From Candidatus Saccharimonadota bacterium (lineage in GTDB: Bacteria; Patescibacteriota; Saccharimonadia; Saccharimonadales; Saccharimonadaceae), in contig JAFQYG010000003.1 of NCBI GenBank assembly GCA_017406565.1, positions 65,431 through 129,430 on the forward strand: a stretch of DNA of 64,000 nucleotides, in the 5' to 3' direction. A program made the translations under genes and the position numbers. Positions within the stretch are counted from its first letter, which is position 1; every line of letters begins with the position of its first letter. The notes beneath the pieces are model-generated. The model saw only the letters and a list, made by a program, of their open reading frames with translations. It was not told the origin of the DNA and did not search any database. Positions 29,054-38,602 of the stretch are shown piece by piece.

Positions 29054-30850
29054 CTATACGCCAGCGAGGCAACGCGCCGTTCTCCCAAAGCTTTTGTTAG
29101 AGTAATTTGTGCCTGGATTAACGCTATCTATAGAAAAGTATAAATAGTAGGAGCTAAAAGTATTCCCACCAGAAGCGGACCAATAAGTACTATAGTAATT
29201 ACGGGTGTATATCGACGAATTACCCGCATACCCAGAATAGACAAAGTTATTAGGATAGGCTCTCAGGATATTAGATACTGTGGCACCTTCATCACCTGTG
29301 TAATATGGTGTACTGGAGCTGTCATAGTTGGCAGGATCGACCCCATTGTTTATGCCTGTGACAATGAGTTGCCAAAATTCATTAGTAGATTCTTGAGATT
29401 TATTGCCGCCTTTCGGTAGATGCCAACCTGCCGGACAAATATCACCTGGAGCAGTATAATTGGAGCCATCACCATCACCATATTTGCCATGGCCGCCTGT
29501 TATAGAATACCAGTTGTAATAGTTGCCATAGCTATAGACGTTACTAGATGTACTATAGTTAGAGCTAGTATTATTAGTGAAGAGCGTAGTATTATTGGTA
29601 GCTAGCATGGACTGGTCATAACAGTTGGCCGAAAGACTACTACACCAGCCAGCAGTAGCTGGGTCCGTAGTGCGTGAGAGATGATTTGAAGTTGGCTTAG
29701 TATCACTATCATTGTCTGCACTAAACCACCATGAATTAGTGAGAGGGAGAGATGGATTGTGAGTGTTATCAGATGAAAGAATTGGTGAATCATTTAATCT
29801 CAAGTTTTCAATCATCCAACATTTACCATCTGCTAATTTAGCGACAGCATAAGTATTACCGTCTCTTTCATCCGTAAGAGCAGTAGTTGTTCCTTGCACT
29901 AGTGAACTACATCCATTCCAGTCCTGAAGTGAACCAGTAGATTTAATCCAGACTGCATAGAGACTTAACCCATTGGTTTGTACGTCTGCTGGAGCTATGA
30001 TAGTTTCATTAGGCCCATAAATATTAGCATTTGGATTAGTCTCATAATCATATTTTTCAGACCAACCAGCAAAACCGTAGCCTTGTTTTTTAAGGTTAGA
30101 AGCATAGAGAGTGGCAGATGCATTATTGTATGCAGATTGAGTTCCCATCTGCCCTTCAACTATAGCAGTATTAGGATTATAGCAAATCTTGCCTGCAGCG
30201 CATGCGATTTCATGCGGCACAAACTCATTAGCCGGATGCACCATAGTATATTTAACTTTACCTGCATAGTTACCAGCTCTTTGTGTTTTAGATACGAAAG
30301 CAGCATAAGTAGTTTGGTATGTAGAGCCAGTAGCATTATTCCCAGCATCAGTAGTAGAATTATAATGAGCTACTTTAGTATATTCATTTGGAACAGCATG
30401 ATAGTTGCCAAAGCTATTATCTATCGTACCAACAAAATTAGATCCACTTGTAGATATCTTCATCGCCCAGTTAGAAGTATTGCCACTTGTAGCTGTACCA
30501 GTATTTATACTACTTGATGGTCCTACTAACTTAGCACTATTAGTTCCACCAATCTTATTTCCAGTATAACCAACTGCATAAATAGCATAGCCTTGACTAT
30601 CATTACATATTACATTAATGGTAGTAGTACCAATATCAGCTTGATAAGTACCATTAGGTATAGTAGCAGTATGTGGTGTAGTGATAGTAGAGTTCATAGT
30701 ACAAGCTTCTTCTACATTTACTGTAGCTTGAGCTAAAGTAGATACTGCATCTACTTTAATTGAGTTTAAAAGAGCTCCAGTGATAATAGTTACTGAAGTC
30801 AAAATACTAACTCCTAGAACATTCTTACTACACAATATATGATTCCCCAT
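29054..30850 (-). CDS. Secreted surface protein: shared N-terminal domain + InlB-B-like repeat + FISUMP (Fib_succ_major) domain
   Basis: Signal peptide; LTDERDGNTY...GKCWMIENL, YGNYYNW, ICPAGWHLP, YWSAS, RCL motifs. Confidence 0.88.
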   Translation of the reverse strand: MGNHILCSKNVLGVSILTSVTIITGALLNSIKVDAVSTLAQATVNVEEACTMNSTITTPHTATIPNGTYQADIGTTTINVICNDSQGYAIYAVGYTGNKIGGTNSAKLVGPSSSINTGTATSGNTSNWAMKISTSGSNFVGTIDNSFGNYHAVPNEYTKVAHYNSTTDAGNNATGSTYQTTYAAFVSKTQRAGNYAGKVKYTMVHPANEFVPHEIACAAGKICYNPNTAIVEGQMGTQSAYNNASATLYASNLKKQGYGFAGWSEKYDYETNPNANIYGPNETIIAPADVQTNGLSLYAVWIKSTGSLQDWNGCSSLVQGTTTALTDERDGNTYAVAKLADGKCWMIENLRLNDSPILSSDNTHNPSLPLTNSWWFSADNDSDTKPTSNHLSRTTDPATAGWCSSLSANCYDQSMLATNNTTLFTNNTSSNYSTSSNVYSYGNYYNWYSITGGHGKYGDGDGSNYTAPGDICPAGWHLPKGGNKSQESTNEFWQLIVTGINNGVDPANYDSSSTPYYTGDEGATVSNILRAYPNNFVYSGYAGNSSIYTRNYYSTYWSASGGNTFSSYYLYFSIDSVNPGTNYSNKSFGRTARCLAGV

Positions 30851-30928
30851 GTGCTTATATTATAGCATACATATTATTATAATAAATATGGTATAATGGT
30901 TATGCAAAGGTAATACCAGAAAAAGTCA

Positions 30929-33631
30929 ATGTCGTTAAAAAGAAACCTATTAATCGCTCCGTTAGGACTACTTAGCCTTACAGTTCTTTCTGGAGCCTTT
31001 TTAATGTCTTCTTATTCTCATGCAGATGATTCTACGGTAGATAACATTAACATCACCGTCCCAGTCTCTTGTTCTCTAGAAGGCACTGGTATGACTTCAC
31101 ACAATGCCAATATGATGAATGGTACCTATCAGAATAATATAGGTACTACTACCATGAAAGCCTATTGTAATGATAATAATGGCTTTTCTATCTATGCAAT
31201 AGGCTATTCTGATGATACTTATGGTGAAACTCATCTAAGTAGCTCAGCAGATCCTACTTATAATATCGCCACTGGTACTGCTACGTCAGGAGATACATCC
31301 AATTGGGCTATGAAACTATCTACTCCTACTTCTCCTACTCCAACCTACCCATTGACCATAGATTCAGATACTAATGGCAGTTTCTCTTCTTATCATATTG
31401 TACCAAGTAATCACACTAAAGTAGCTCATAGAGATTCTGCTACTGATATAGGTACTAATGCAGAAGGCTCTACTCTCACTTCTACCTATGCAGCATTTGT
31501 CAGTCTAACTCAACCAGCTGGTACCTATACTGGTAAAGTCTTATACACTCTAGTTCATCCAGTAGATAAAAGACCTGCTATCCCCTATACTATTAATTAC
31601 AACAAGAATACTACTGCTTCAGTAAGCAACCTACCTTCCCCTAACCCTCAAGTTGGTATGACTTCTGAAGATACTGTAGATATCTTTGATAATCTACCAA
31701 CCCGTAATGGCTATGCCTTTAAAGGTTGGTGTACTGTTGAAGTAGCTGATGATGCTACTTGTACTGGTACCACCTATAATCCTGATGGAAGACGTATTAA
31801 TCTGGCTCTACCTATAGACCATACTAAAGCTTCTAACACCATCACCCTTCATGCTGTGTGGGAAAAAGCTGCTCTTCTAGATACTGGTCAAAACGTAAAC
31901 CAAAAACTTAAAAGATTAGCCGGTAATAGTTCAGCTACTTATTCAACTACTGATAACACCATCACTGCTTTAACTCGCGCTAACTCTTTACCTAGTGGCT
32001 TTACTCCTACATCAAACAACACCATCTCAACCAGCTCTTCTATAAGTCCCATTTATGCTTGGTTTGATTCCGGTACCATCTACTATTACTCTGATGTCTC
32101 TACCATTATGATGAATAAAAGTTCTAGCAATTTCTTCTACAACATGCGAGCTCTATCTGATCTATCTACTATTTCTTCCTGGAATACTTCTAGTGTGACA
32201 GATATGTCTTACATGTTTAGTACTGCCGGCTACAATGTCACCACCTTCAACTTAAACCTCTCCTCCTGGAATACTTCTAGTGTGACGAGTATAAAGAGTT
32301 TATTCGCCTCTGCCGGCTACAATGCTACTACCTGGTCTGTAGGCGATCTTTCCTCCTGGGATACTTCTAGCATGACGGATATGAGCGGCACGTTTTACTC
32401 TGCCGGCCGCAATACTACCACTTGGTCCGTAGGAGATCTCTCTTCTTGGGATACATCTAGCGTAACGAGTATGTCTAACATGTTCGACTCTGCCGGCTAC
32501 AGTGCTACTACTTGGTCTGTAGGCGATCTTTCCTCCTGGGATACTTCTAGCGTGACGAATATGTCTAGCATGTTCAACTCTGCCGGCCTCAATGCTACCA
32601 TTTGGTCTGCAGGTGACCTCTCTTCCTGGGATACATCTAGTGTAACGAATATGTTTTTCATGTTTTATTGTACCGGCTACAGCACCACTTCCTGGTCTAT
32701 AGGAGATCTTTCCTCCTGGGATACTTCTAACGTGACGAATATGTCTAATATGTTCGTCTCTGCCGGCTACAGCACCACTTCCTGGTCTATAGGCGATCTT
32801 TCCTCCTGGGATACTTCTAGCGTGACGAATATGTCTAGCATGTTCAACTCTGCCGGCTACAATACTACAACTTGGTCTGTAGGTGACCTCTCCTCCTGGA
32901 ATACATCTAGCGTGACAAGTATGTCTAGTATGTTCAGCTCTGCCGGCTACAATGCCACTTCCTGGTCTATAGGCGATCTTTCCTCCTGGGATACTTCTAG
33001 CGTGACGAGTATGTATAACATGTTCTACTATGCCGGCTACAATGCCACCACCTTTAATTTGAACCTCTCTTCCTGGAATACTTCTAGTGTGACTAATATG
33101 TCTAGTATGTTCAGATCTGCCGGCTACAGCGCCACCTCCTGGTCTATAGGAGACCTTTCCTCCTGGGATACTTCTAGCGTGACGAATATGTTCTTCATGT
33201 TTGATTCTGCCGGCTACAATGCCACTTCCTGGTCTATAGGCGACATTTCTTCCTGGAATACTTCTAGTGTGACAAGTATGTCTAGCATGTTCTCTTATAC
33301 CGGTTACAATGCCAACACCTTTAACCTTAATCTTTCCTCCTGGAATACTTCTAGCGTGACGAATATGTCTGATATGTTCAGAAATGCCGGCTACAATGCT
33401 ACTACCTTCACCTTGAACCTTTCTTCTTGGGATACTTCAAGTGTGACGAATATGAATAACATGTTCTACTTGGCCGGCTACAGTGCCACCGCCTGGTCTG
33501 TCACTATTCCAAAGACTAACAATGGTACCACTACCGGTCCAATCACCAACACTACAACCAATCTCTATGGCAATTCTACTTCAGTTACTGCTATTCCACC
33601 TTCAGGTAGATCATTTACACTTGCAAACTAA
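30929..33631 (+). CDS. Secreted surface protein: shared N-terminal domain + InlB-B repeat + 15 BspA/DUF285-type repeats
   Basis: N-terminus paralogous to 29054..30850 (TGTATSGDTSNWAMK); PTRNGYAFKGW; repeats LSSWDTSSVTNMSSMF. Confidence 0.9.
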   Translation: MSLKRNLLIAPLGLLSLTVLSGAFLMSSYSHADDSTVDNINITVPVSCSLEGTGMTSHNANMMNGTYQNNIGTTTMKAYCNDNNGFSIYAIGYSDDTYGETHLSSSADPTYNIATGTATSGDTSNWAMKLSTPTSPTPTYPLTIDSDTNGSFSSYHIVPSNHTKVAHRDSATDIGTNAEGSTLTSTYAAFVSLTQPAGTYTGKVLYTLVHPVDKRPAIPYTINYNKNTTASVSNLPSPNPQVGMTSEDTVDIFDNLPTRNGYAFKGWCTVEVADDATCTGTTYNPDGRRINLALPIDHTKASNTITLHAVWEKAALLDTGQNVNQKLKRLAGNSSATYSTTDNTITALTRANSLPSGFTPTSNNTISTSSSISPIYAWFDSGTIYYYSDVSTIMMNKSSSNFFYNMRALSDLSTISSWNTSSVTDMSYMFSTAGYNVTTFNLNLSSWNTSSVTSIKSLFASAGYNATTWSVGDLSSWDTSSMTDMSGTFYSAGRNTTTWSVGDLSSWDTSSVTSMSNMFDSAGYSATTWSVGDLSSWDTSSVTNMSSMFNSAGLNATIWSAGDLSSWDTSSVTNMFFMFYCTGYSTTSWSIGDLSSWDTSNVTNMSNMFVSAGYSTTSWSIGDLSSWDTSSVTNMSSMFNSAGYNTTTWSVGDLSSWNTSSVTSMSSMFSSAGYNATSWSIGDLSSWDTSSVTSMYNMFYYAGYNATTFNLNLSSWNTSSVTNMSSMFRSAGYSATSWSIGDLSSWDTSSVTNMFFMFDSAGYNATSWSIGDISSWNTSSVTSMSSMFSYTGYNANTFNLNLSSWNTSSVTNMSDMFRNAGYNATTFTLNLSSWDTSSVTNMNNMFYLAGYSATAWSVTIPKTNNGTTTGPITNTTTNLYGNSTSVTAIPPSGRSFTLAN
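32170..33500 (+). repeat. 15 tandem 87-90 bp coding repeats
   Basis: Recurrent TCCTGG(G/A)ATAC(T/A)TCTAG...ATGTT(C/T)...GCCGGCTAC units. Confidence 0.92.
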
Positions 33632-33636
33632 TGTTA

Positions 33637-33702
33637 TTTTAAAACACAAAAAATACCCCTGTTAGAGGTTAATTTTTGTGACCCTCCACAAAAATGGTAT
33701 TT
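33637..33702 (+). repeat. ~66-bp direct repeat, copy 1 (double hairpin/terminator)
   Basis: Nearly identical to 34837-34902, offset exactly 1200 bp. Confidence 0.88.
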
Positions 33703-33842
33703 TTGCCAGTCCTCTCTTTGCTTGAGCGTCGTTTTTTTGCCGTCCCTATAAAGTGTGTGCAAAAACACTCCCGTCTCTTTTTGGGTGTGTGCAAAAACCC
33801 TGCCGTCCTATAAACAAGACGCAATGCAAATTTTTTTGAGAA

Positions 33843-34796
33843 CTAATCTTTTCTTCTGGTAATTTTCTTAATGGCTTTCTTCATTTTGCTTGCCAGCTCT
33901 GAAGAGACATCATAGCTTGCGTCGGCGAGTCTAGTTACAGCATTATCAACATTCTCGGTATTCTGCGGTTTATTATGTGTTTTAGTTTGGCTTTTTATTA
34001 TCGCCTCAGGTGTAGGGTCAACACCGAAATCTGCTTTAATATCGGCTGAGATTTCGAGTAATTTTCCTTTTTCTATTTTACTAAAATCAAATACATCTTT
34101 ACCTGCGACTACCTTTAGTGTTCCCAAGAAACAATCTACATCTATAATGGAAAATTCTACTTTATATTTAGTAAGTTTTACTTTAACATCCTTGATGTCA
34201 ATGACTTTGCCTAAGAAAAGAGTAAAGGGGGCATCCCCATAGTCATCTTGTATCATTGCAAATTCACTATTAAAACCAGCGACTTGCCCATTTGGGGTAT
34301 CGATTGGAAAGAAATCAAATTGCTTATTAAAATCTTCTATATTATCATAAACCCCAATCTTAAAAGCGAAAGCAGATAGCTCGACATTAACATCTTTATT
34401 CTCCAACTTTTCATCCCATAATGCATAACGGTTTACGGTTTCAATTACAAATCGTTGAGTGCCACCATCTGAAACTGTTGCAGAATAATGTTCATTTGCT
34501 TCACCTGAAGCGGGCAAACGTTCTATTAAGTGTATCTTTTTTGGTTTCGCATCAATGGTCAGGTCACAATCGTATAATGTAAGTCTGTCGTTTTCGACTT
34601 TTAATAGCGCAGTGATTAGCCCAAACTTCTTTTTTGTGGATTGATCTTTCAGGGGATATTCAGTTGTAAGATAGTTTCCATCTTTAGATATAAATGACAT
34701 CTTTCCCATCGAAGAACTAGTAACGACAAAATCACTTACGAGTTTATTTTCGTTTTTGTCGCCATCTTTTATGAATGATTGATGTCGTATTGGCAT
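33843..34796 (-). CDS. Hypothetical protein between the direct repeats
   Basis: 317-aa ORF with its own TGCTATAAT 6 nt before ATG; no motif confidently recognised. Confidence 0.75.
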   Translation of the reverse strand: MPIRHQSFIKDGDKNENKLVSDFVVTSSSMGKMSFISKDGNYLTTEYPLKDQSTKKKFGLITALLKVENDRLTLYDCDLTIDAKPKKIHLIERLPASGEANEHYSATVSDGGTQRFVIETVNRYALWDEKLENKDVNVELSAFAFKIGVYDNIEDFNKQFDFFPIDTPNGQVAGFNSEFAMIQDDYGDAPFTLFLGKVIDIKDVKVKLTKYKVEFSIIDVDCFLGTLKVVAGKDVFDFSKIEKGKLLEISADIKADFGVDPTPEAIIKSQTKTHNKPQNTENVDNAVTRLADASYDVSSELASKMKKAIKKITRRKD

Positions 34797-34836
34797 ACTA
34801 TGATTATAGCATATACTGTATTTACCCTTGTAATTG

Positions 34837-34902
34837 TTTTAAATCATAAAAAATACCCTTGTTAAGGGTTAATTTTTGTGGCCCTCCACAAAAATGGTAT
34901 TT
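34837..34902 (+). repeat. ~66-bp direct repeat, copy 2; includes tRNA-Leu terminator hairpin 34872-34895
   Basis: ATTTTTGTGG-CCCT-CCACAAAAAT and ACCCTT-GTT-AAGGGT immediately 3' of the tRNA CCA. Confidence 0.88.
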
Positions 34903-34903
34903 A

Positions 34904-34987
34904 TGGTGCCCGGGACAGGATTTGAACCTGCACGCTTGAGGCATATGCTCCTAAGGCATACGTGTCTACCAATTCCACCACCCGGGC
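34904..34987 (-). tRNA. tRNA-Leu (TAG)
   Basis: Acceptor GCCCGGG/CCCGGGC-A-CCA; anticodon arm TATGC-CTTAGGA-GCATA; GGTTCAAATCC. Confidence 0.95.
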
Positions 34988-35029
34988 GGGTGTCTTATGG
35001 ACGTGTACTCATTATATCATAAAACCACC

Positions 35030-35057
35030 AAAAAGCGAGGGCATAGCCTCGCTTTTT
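35030..35057. terminator. Bidirectional-type terminator
   Basis: AAAAAGCGAGG-GCATAG-CCTCGCTTTTT. Confidence 0.8.
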
Positions 35058-35070
35058 ATTCGAATTCTAT

Positions 35071-35565
35071 TTAAGCATCTCTTTTTGCAAGGACAGCTGA
35101 TGCAAGATAAGTAGTCAAACATCCAGCAATCAAAGCAATCGGCAAGGCATCTTCTGGACCAGTAGTTGGCATTGGATTGTCTGCCTTAGCTACAGTACTT
35201 TCAGTTTTGTTTGAATTATTCGAACTGTTGGAATTATTATTTTTGTTCGAATCATTCGACAAAGTACCTACTGAATTTGAATTTTCCTTTTCGGAATTCT
35301 TATTAGAATCCTTTTCGGAATCCTTATTACTAGATTCTTTGTTCTCTGACTTAGACTTATCGTCGTTACCAGATTGGCTATTAGAATCAACAGCAGTTTG
35401 CGAAGTTTGCTCAGAATTATTGTTGCTGATATTCGTCCTGCTACTCTTCTTAGTTGCAACAACGATAATTGCTACTACCAAAATCAAAATGATAATCGCA
35501 GTAATAGTCGAAACCGCAATAATCCTACGACGCTCCTTCTTCTCTTTATCTCCCTGATAATACAT
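35071..35565 (-). CDS. Small membrane protein with Ser/Asn-rich linker and LPxTG-like MPTTG + TM
   Basis: N-terminal TM, low-complexity linker, MPTTGP then hydrophobic tail and KR. Confidence 0.7.
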   Translation of the reverse strand: MYYQGDKEKKERRRIIAVSTITAIIILILVVAIIVVATKKSSRTNISNNNSEQTSQTAVDSNSQSGNDDKSKSENKESSNKDSEKDSNKNSEKENSNSVGTLSNDSNKNNNSNSSNNSNKTESTVAKADNPMPTTGPEDALPIALIAGCLTTYLASAVLAKRDA

Positions 35566-35619
35566 ATTAATAAACTCCTTATATTACCATTATATCACAC
35601 TTTTGCTAAAAATGCAAGA

Positions 35620-36135
35620 TTATAACTTAACATAAACGGAAATATGCGCATTTGCATATTTTCGACTACTTTTTAGCACGGTTTCGGAGAATTCTGGTGC
35701 TACATTTGGATGCGATAAAACTAGCAATCCACCCTGTTTTATGCTACCAATTAATTCCTTAATTTCATTTGCATCAAATTTATCATATGGTGGATCCGCC
35801 ACGATGATATCAAAAGGACTATTTGTTGTAAAATTTACAACATTGTCACAAATTACTTCTGCAGAAAGCCCCAATTTAGCTAAGTTACCTCTGATTACTT
35901 TACATACCTTAGCATTTTTCTCAATAAAAACTACTTCATTTGCTCCCCGTGATAAAGCCTCTATTCCTAGAGCTCCAGAACCAGCATAAGCATCTAGTAC
36001 TCTTGCCCCTGATAAATTTCCCGCAATCATATTAAAAAGCGCCAGTTTTTCCCTTGCACCCATCGGATGAGTCGACTTAGAATTTGGTGACTCTATATTT
36101 GTCCCGCGATATTTACCAGATGTAATCTTTATCAT
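35620..36135 (-). CDS. rsmD: 16S rRNA m2G966 methyltransferase RsmD family
   Basis: ITSGKYRG, VLDAYAGSGALGIEALSRGA, ADPPY motifs. Confidence 0.9.
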   Translation of the reverse strand: MIKITSGKYRGTNIESPNSKSTHPMGAREKLALFNMIAGNLSGARVLDAYAGSGALGIEALSRGANEVVFIEKNAKVCKVIRGNLAKLGLSAEVICDNVVNFTTNSPFDIIVADPPYDKFDANEIKELIGSIKQGGLLVLSHPNVAPEFSETVLKSSRKYANAHISVYVKL

Positions 36136-36136
36136 A

Positions 36137-38149
36137 TTAGTTTAAAGTCGTTATTTGTTGATATTTCGTGATGCCTGACATCAATTCTTTATATTTTACC
36201 ATATTTTCAGGATTTTTCAAGAATACTTCCACGTCATGTTGCGCTCGGTGGATCAATTTCGTATCTGTAAGCGAAGCAATTCTTAAATCCATTGCACCGT
36301 GTTGCAAAGCCCCATAAATCTCTCCCGGACCTCTTAATTTTAAATCTACCTCTGCCAGATAAAACCCATCGGTAGATTTTTCAATTTCACGGAGTCGCCT
36401 CGAAGGTCTAGTATCACCAGAGGTTAGCAAGAAACACGAAGAAGCTACCGTTCCTCGCCCTACGCGTCCGCGTAACTGATGTAATTGCGCCAAACCGTAT
36501 GATTCGGCGTTTTCGATTATCATCATTGTGGCATTTGGTACATCTACTCCGACCTCAATTACCGTAGTCGACACCAGAATTTGAATTTCTCCTTGAGAAA
36601 AACGTTCCATAATCTCGTCTTTTTCGGCTGGTTTCATCCGCCCATGCAAAAATTCTACCCTAGAACTACTAAATTCTTGTTTTAGTTTCGAAGCACGTGT
36701 TTTAACAGAGGTAGTCTCGGTACGAGGATCTTCATCGATAGCCTTGCATACCCAATAGATTTGATTTCCATTTTTTAAGGTTTCTCGCATTTTGGGGTAT
36801 AGCTTTTCTCTAGTTTCAATCTCCGTTAGGATAGAAGTATTAATCGGTTGACGCCCTTTAGGCAGTTCATTTAAAATCGATACATCCAAATCCCCAAATA
36901 CCGTCAATTGCAGAGAGCGTGGAATAGGGGTGGCAGTCATAGCCAATAAGTGAGGCGCCAGTCCGTCCGGTGATTTTAGCATTAGTTTTTGTCGTTGCTC
37001 TACACCGAAACGGTGTTGTTCATCAATTACTACAAGCGTTAAATCTTGAAAAACTGTGTCATCAGTTAGCAGCGCATGAGTGCCAATCACTAAATCAATT
37101 TCCCCATTTGCTACCCTGGTTTTCAATTCAGTCTTTTTCTTAGTCGCCCCAGTTAGTAGCGCCATTTTTACCCCTAATGGCTCTAAAATCTGTTTTAAGC
37201 CCTCATAGTGTTGAGTTGCCAAAATGGCCGTAGGGGCTAGAACTGCTACCTGTTTACCATACGAAGCCACCTCATATGCACTCATTGCCGCCACCATGGT
37301 TTTACCAGCACCCACGTCACCCTGCAATAATCTATTCATTGGCACTGGTTTTTCTAAATCCTGAAAGATTTCCCAAGCCGCCAGTCTCTGAGCGTTAGTC
37401 AGTCTAAAGGGCAATTTAGCTACAAATTCCTGTATTTTTTCCTTCTGAAACGGTATCGGTGTAGACTTTAGTTTCTCATTTTCGCTACGATTTAGTTTTG
37501 AAGCAAGAATTAACTCAAATAACTCCTCATATGCTAGATACTCTCTCCCATTTTCGGCTGATTTGACTGAATCTGGAAAATGCACATAGTAGAGGGCTTT
37601 TTTGCGTACCCCAGTTGCTACTGTAGGTAATAAATCTGGAATTAAGTCAAATTTATCCCGTGACTTATTCATCAGACGTTTAAAATCGTGTGATTTTAGC
37701 TTGCCGTGGGATACATAAATAGGACTTATCCCAGTCCTAGGGTCTACGTCGGTTACCTCAGTACAAGATGGCGATATCAGGCTGTAGCGTCCATTTTTAA
37801 ATTCATAATTACCAGTAAAAAAGTATTCTTTTTCAGGTGAAAACTGCTTCGCACGGTAGCTCTGATTAAACCAAATCGTCTTAATCGCCCCCGTATCATC
37901 TCGAATTACCCCCTCTGTCACCGATAGATTACATCGTCTCGCTCGCCTTGTGCTAATAGAGTCAATCTTTCCTCGTACCACGACTTTTCCCGGCCTAATA
38001 TTGTTAATAGAGGTGGGCGTTTCGTAATTCTCATAATCACGCGGTAAATTGTAAAAAAAATCTCGCACTGTACGGATGCCGTATTTTTTTAGTGTTTCCG
38101 CCGTTTTGTCACCTATACCTCTTAAGTATTCGACCGGTTCATCTAACAT
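36137..38149 (-). CDS. recG: ATP-dependent DNA helicase RecG
   Basis: RLLQGDVGAGKT, VIDEQHRFG, MTATPIPR, QLHQLRGRVGRG motifs; start moved to MLDEP. Confidence 0.97.
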   Translation of the reverse strand: MLDEPVEYLRGIGDKTAETLKKYGIRTVRDFFYNLPRDYENYETPTSINNIRPGKVVVRGKIDSISTRRARRCNLSVTEGVIRDDTGAIKTIWFNQSYRAKQFSPEKEYFFTGNYEFKNGRYSLISPSCTEVTDVDPRTGISPIYVSHGKLKSHDFKRLMNKSRDKFDLIPDLLPTVATGVRKKALYYVHFPDSVKSAENGREYLAYEELFELILASKLNRSENEKLKSTPIPFQKEKIQEFVAKLPFRLTNAQRLAAWEIFQDLEKPVPMNRLLQGDVGAGKTMVAAMSAYEVASYGKQVAVLAPTAILATQHYEGLKQILEPLGVKMALLTGATKKKTELKTRVANGEIDLVIGTHALLTDDTVFQDLTLVVIDEQHRFGVEQRQKLMLKSPDGLAPHLLAMTATPIPRSLQLTVFGDLDVSILNELPKGRQPINTSILTEIETREKLYPKMRETLKNGNQIYWVCKAIDEDPRTETTSVKTRASKLKQEFSSSRVEFLHGRMKPAEKDEIMERFSQGEIQILVSTTVIEVGVDVPNATMMIIENAESYGLAQLHQLRGRVGRGTVASSCFLLTSGDTRPSRRLREIEKSTDGFYLAEVDLKLRGPGEIYGALQHGAMDLRIASLTDTKLIHRAQHDVEVFLKNPENMVKYKELMSGITKYQQITTLN

Positions 38150-38236
38150 ATTTCTATTATACACTACTAGGCCACCCATCCTATTGACAAAATAGCATAA
38201 GTATGATACAATATAAGCATAAGGGAGGTGTACATT

Positions 38237-38536
38237 ATGGCAATAATAAATTCGATCAAAGCAAGATCAATCTATAAGAAGGCGGATAGAATTCTGAAAA
38301 CTTATGGCAGCACAAGCTGCAAGCTTATGGGAATCAATTCCCCGTCCTTCAAAGGATTTGAAACAGTCGACATCGACAAACATCACGAATCAGGAAGCAT
38401 CCCTAGAGATAGAATGGTTATCAAGGTCGACGGCTCGCTCGTATTTCTAGTTGAAAAAAATCTTTCCTTCGAGGTAGTAAAATATATCTCGGGCAACTGG
38501 GAAAAAGTCTTGAACGATAAGGATTTTTTAAACTAA
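38237..38536 (+). CDS. Hypothetical solo gene with own promoter, SD and terminator
   Basis: TTGACA (38184)-17-TACAAT; SD GGGAGGTG; terminator CCCCTCC...GGAGGGG-CATTTTTT at 38543-38568. Confidence 0.7.
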   Translation: MAIINSIKARSIYKKADRILKTYGSTSCKLMGINSPSFKGFETVDIDKHHESGSIPRDRMVIKVDGSLVFLVEKNLSFEVVKYISGNWEKVLNDKDFLN

Positions 38537-38602
38537 GACTATCCCCTCCAACCGGAGGGGCATTTTTTGCGAAAAATGCAAAAATATAGTATAATATCAA
38601 AC

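Noticed and set aside
32170-33500. Possible CRISPR array
   Set aside because: The units are contiguous in-frame coding repeats without unique spacers, and no cas genes are present.
33637-34987. Prophage or integrative element at tRNA-Leu
   Set aside because: No integrase or phage genes and no duplicated tRNA 3' end; kept only as a small direct-repeat cassette.
35177-35420. AAT/AAC-rich stretch as a DGR template repeat
   Set aside because: It lies in a Ser/Asn-rich coding linker and shows no alignment to the FISUMP or GVRP C-termini.
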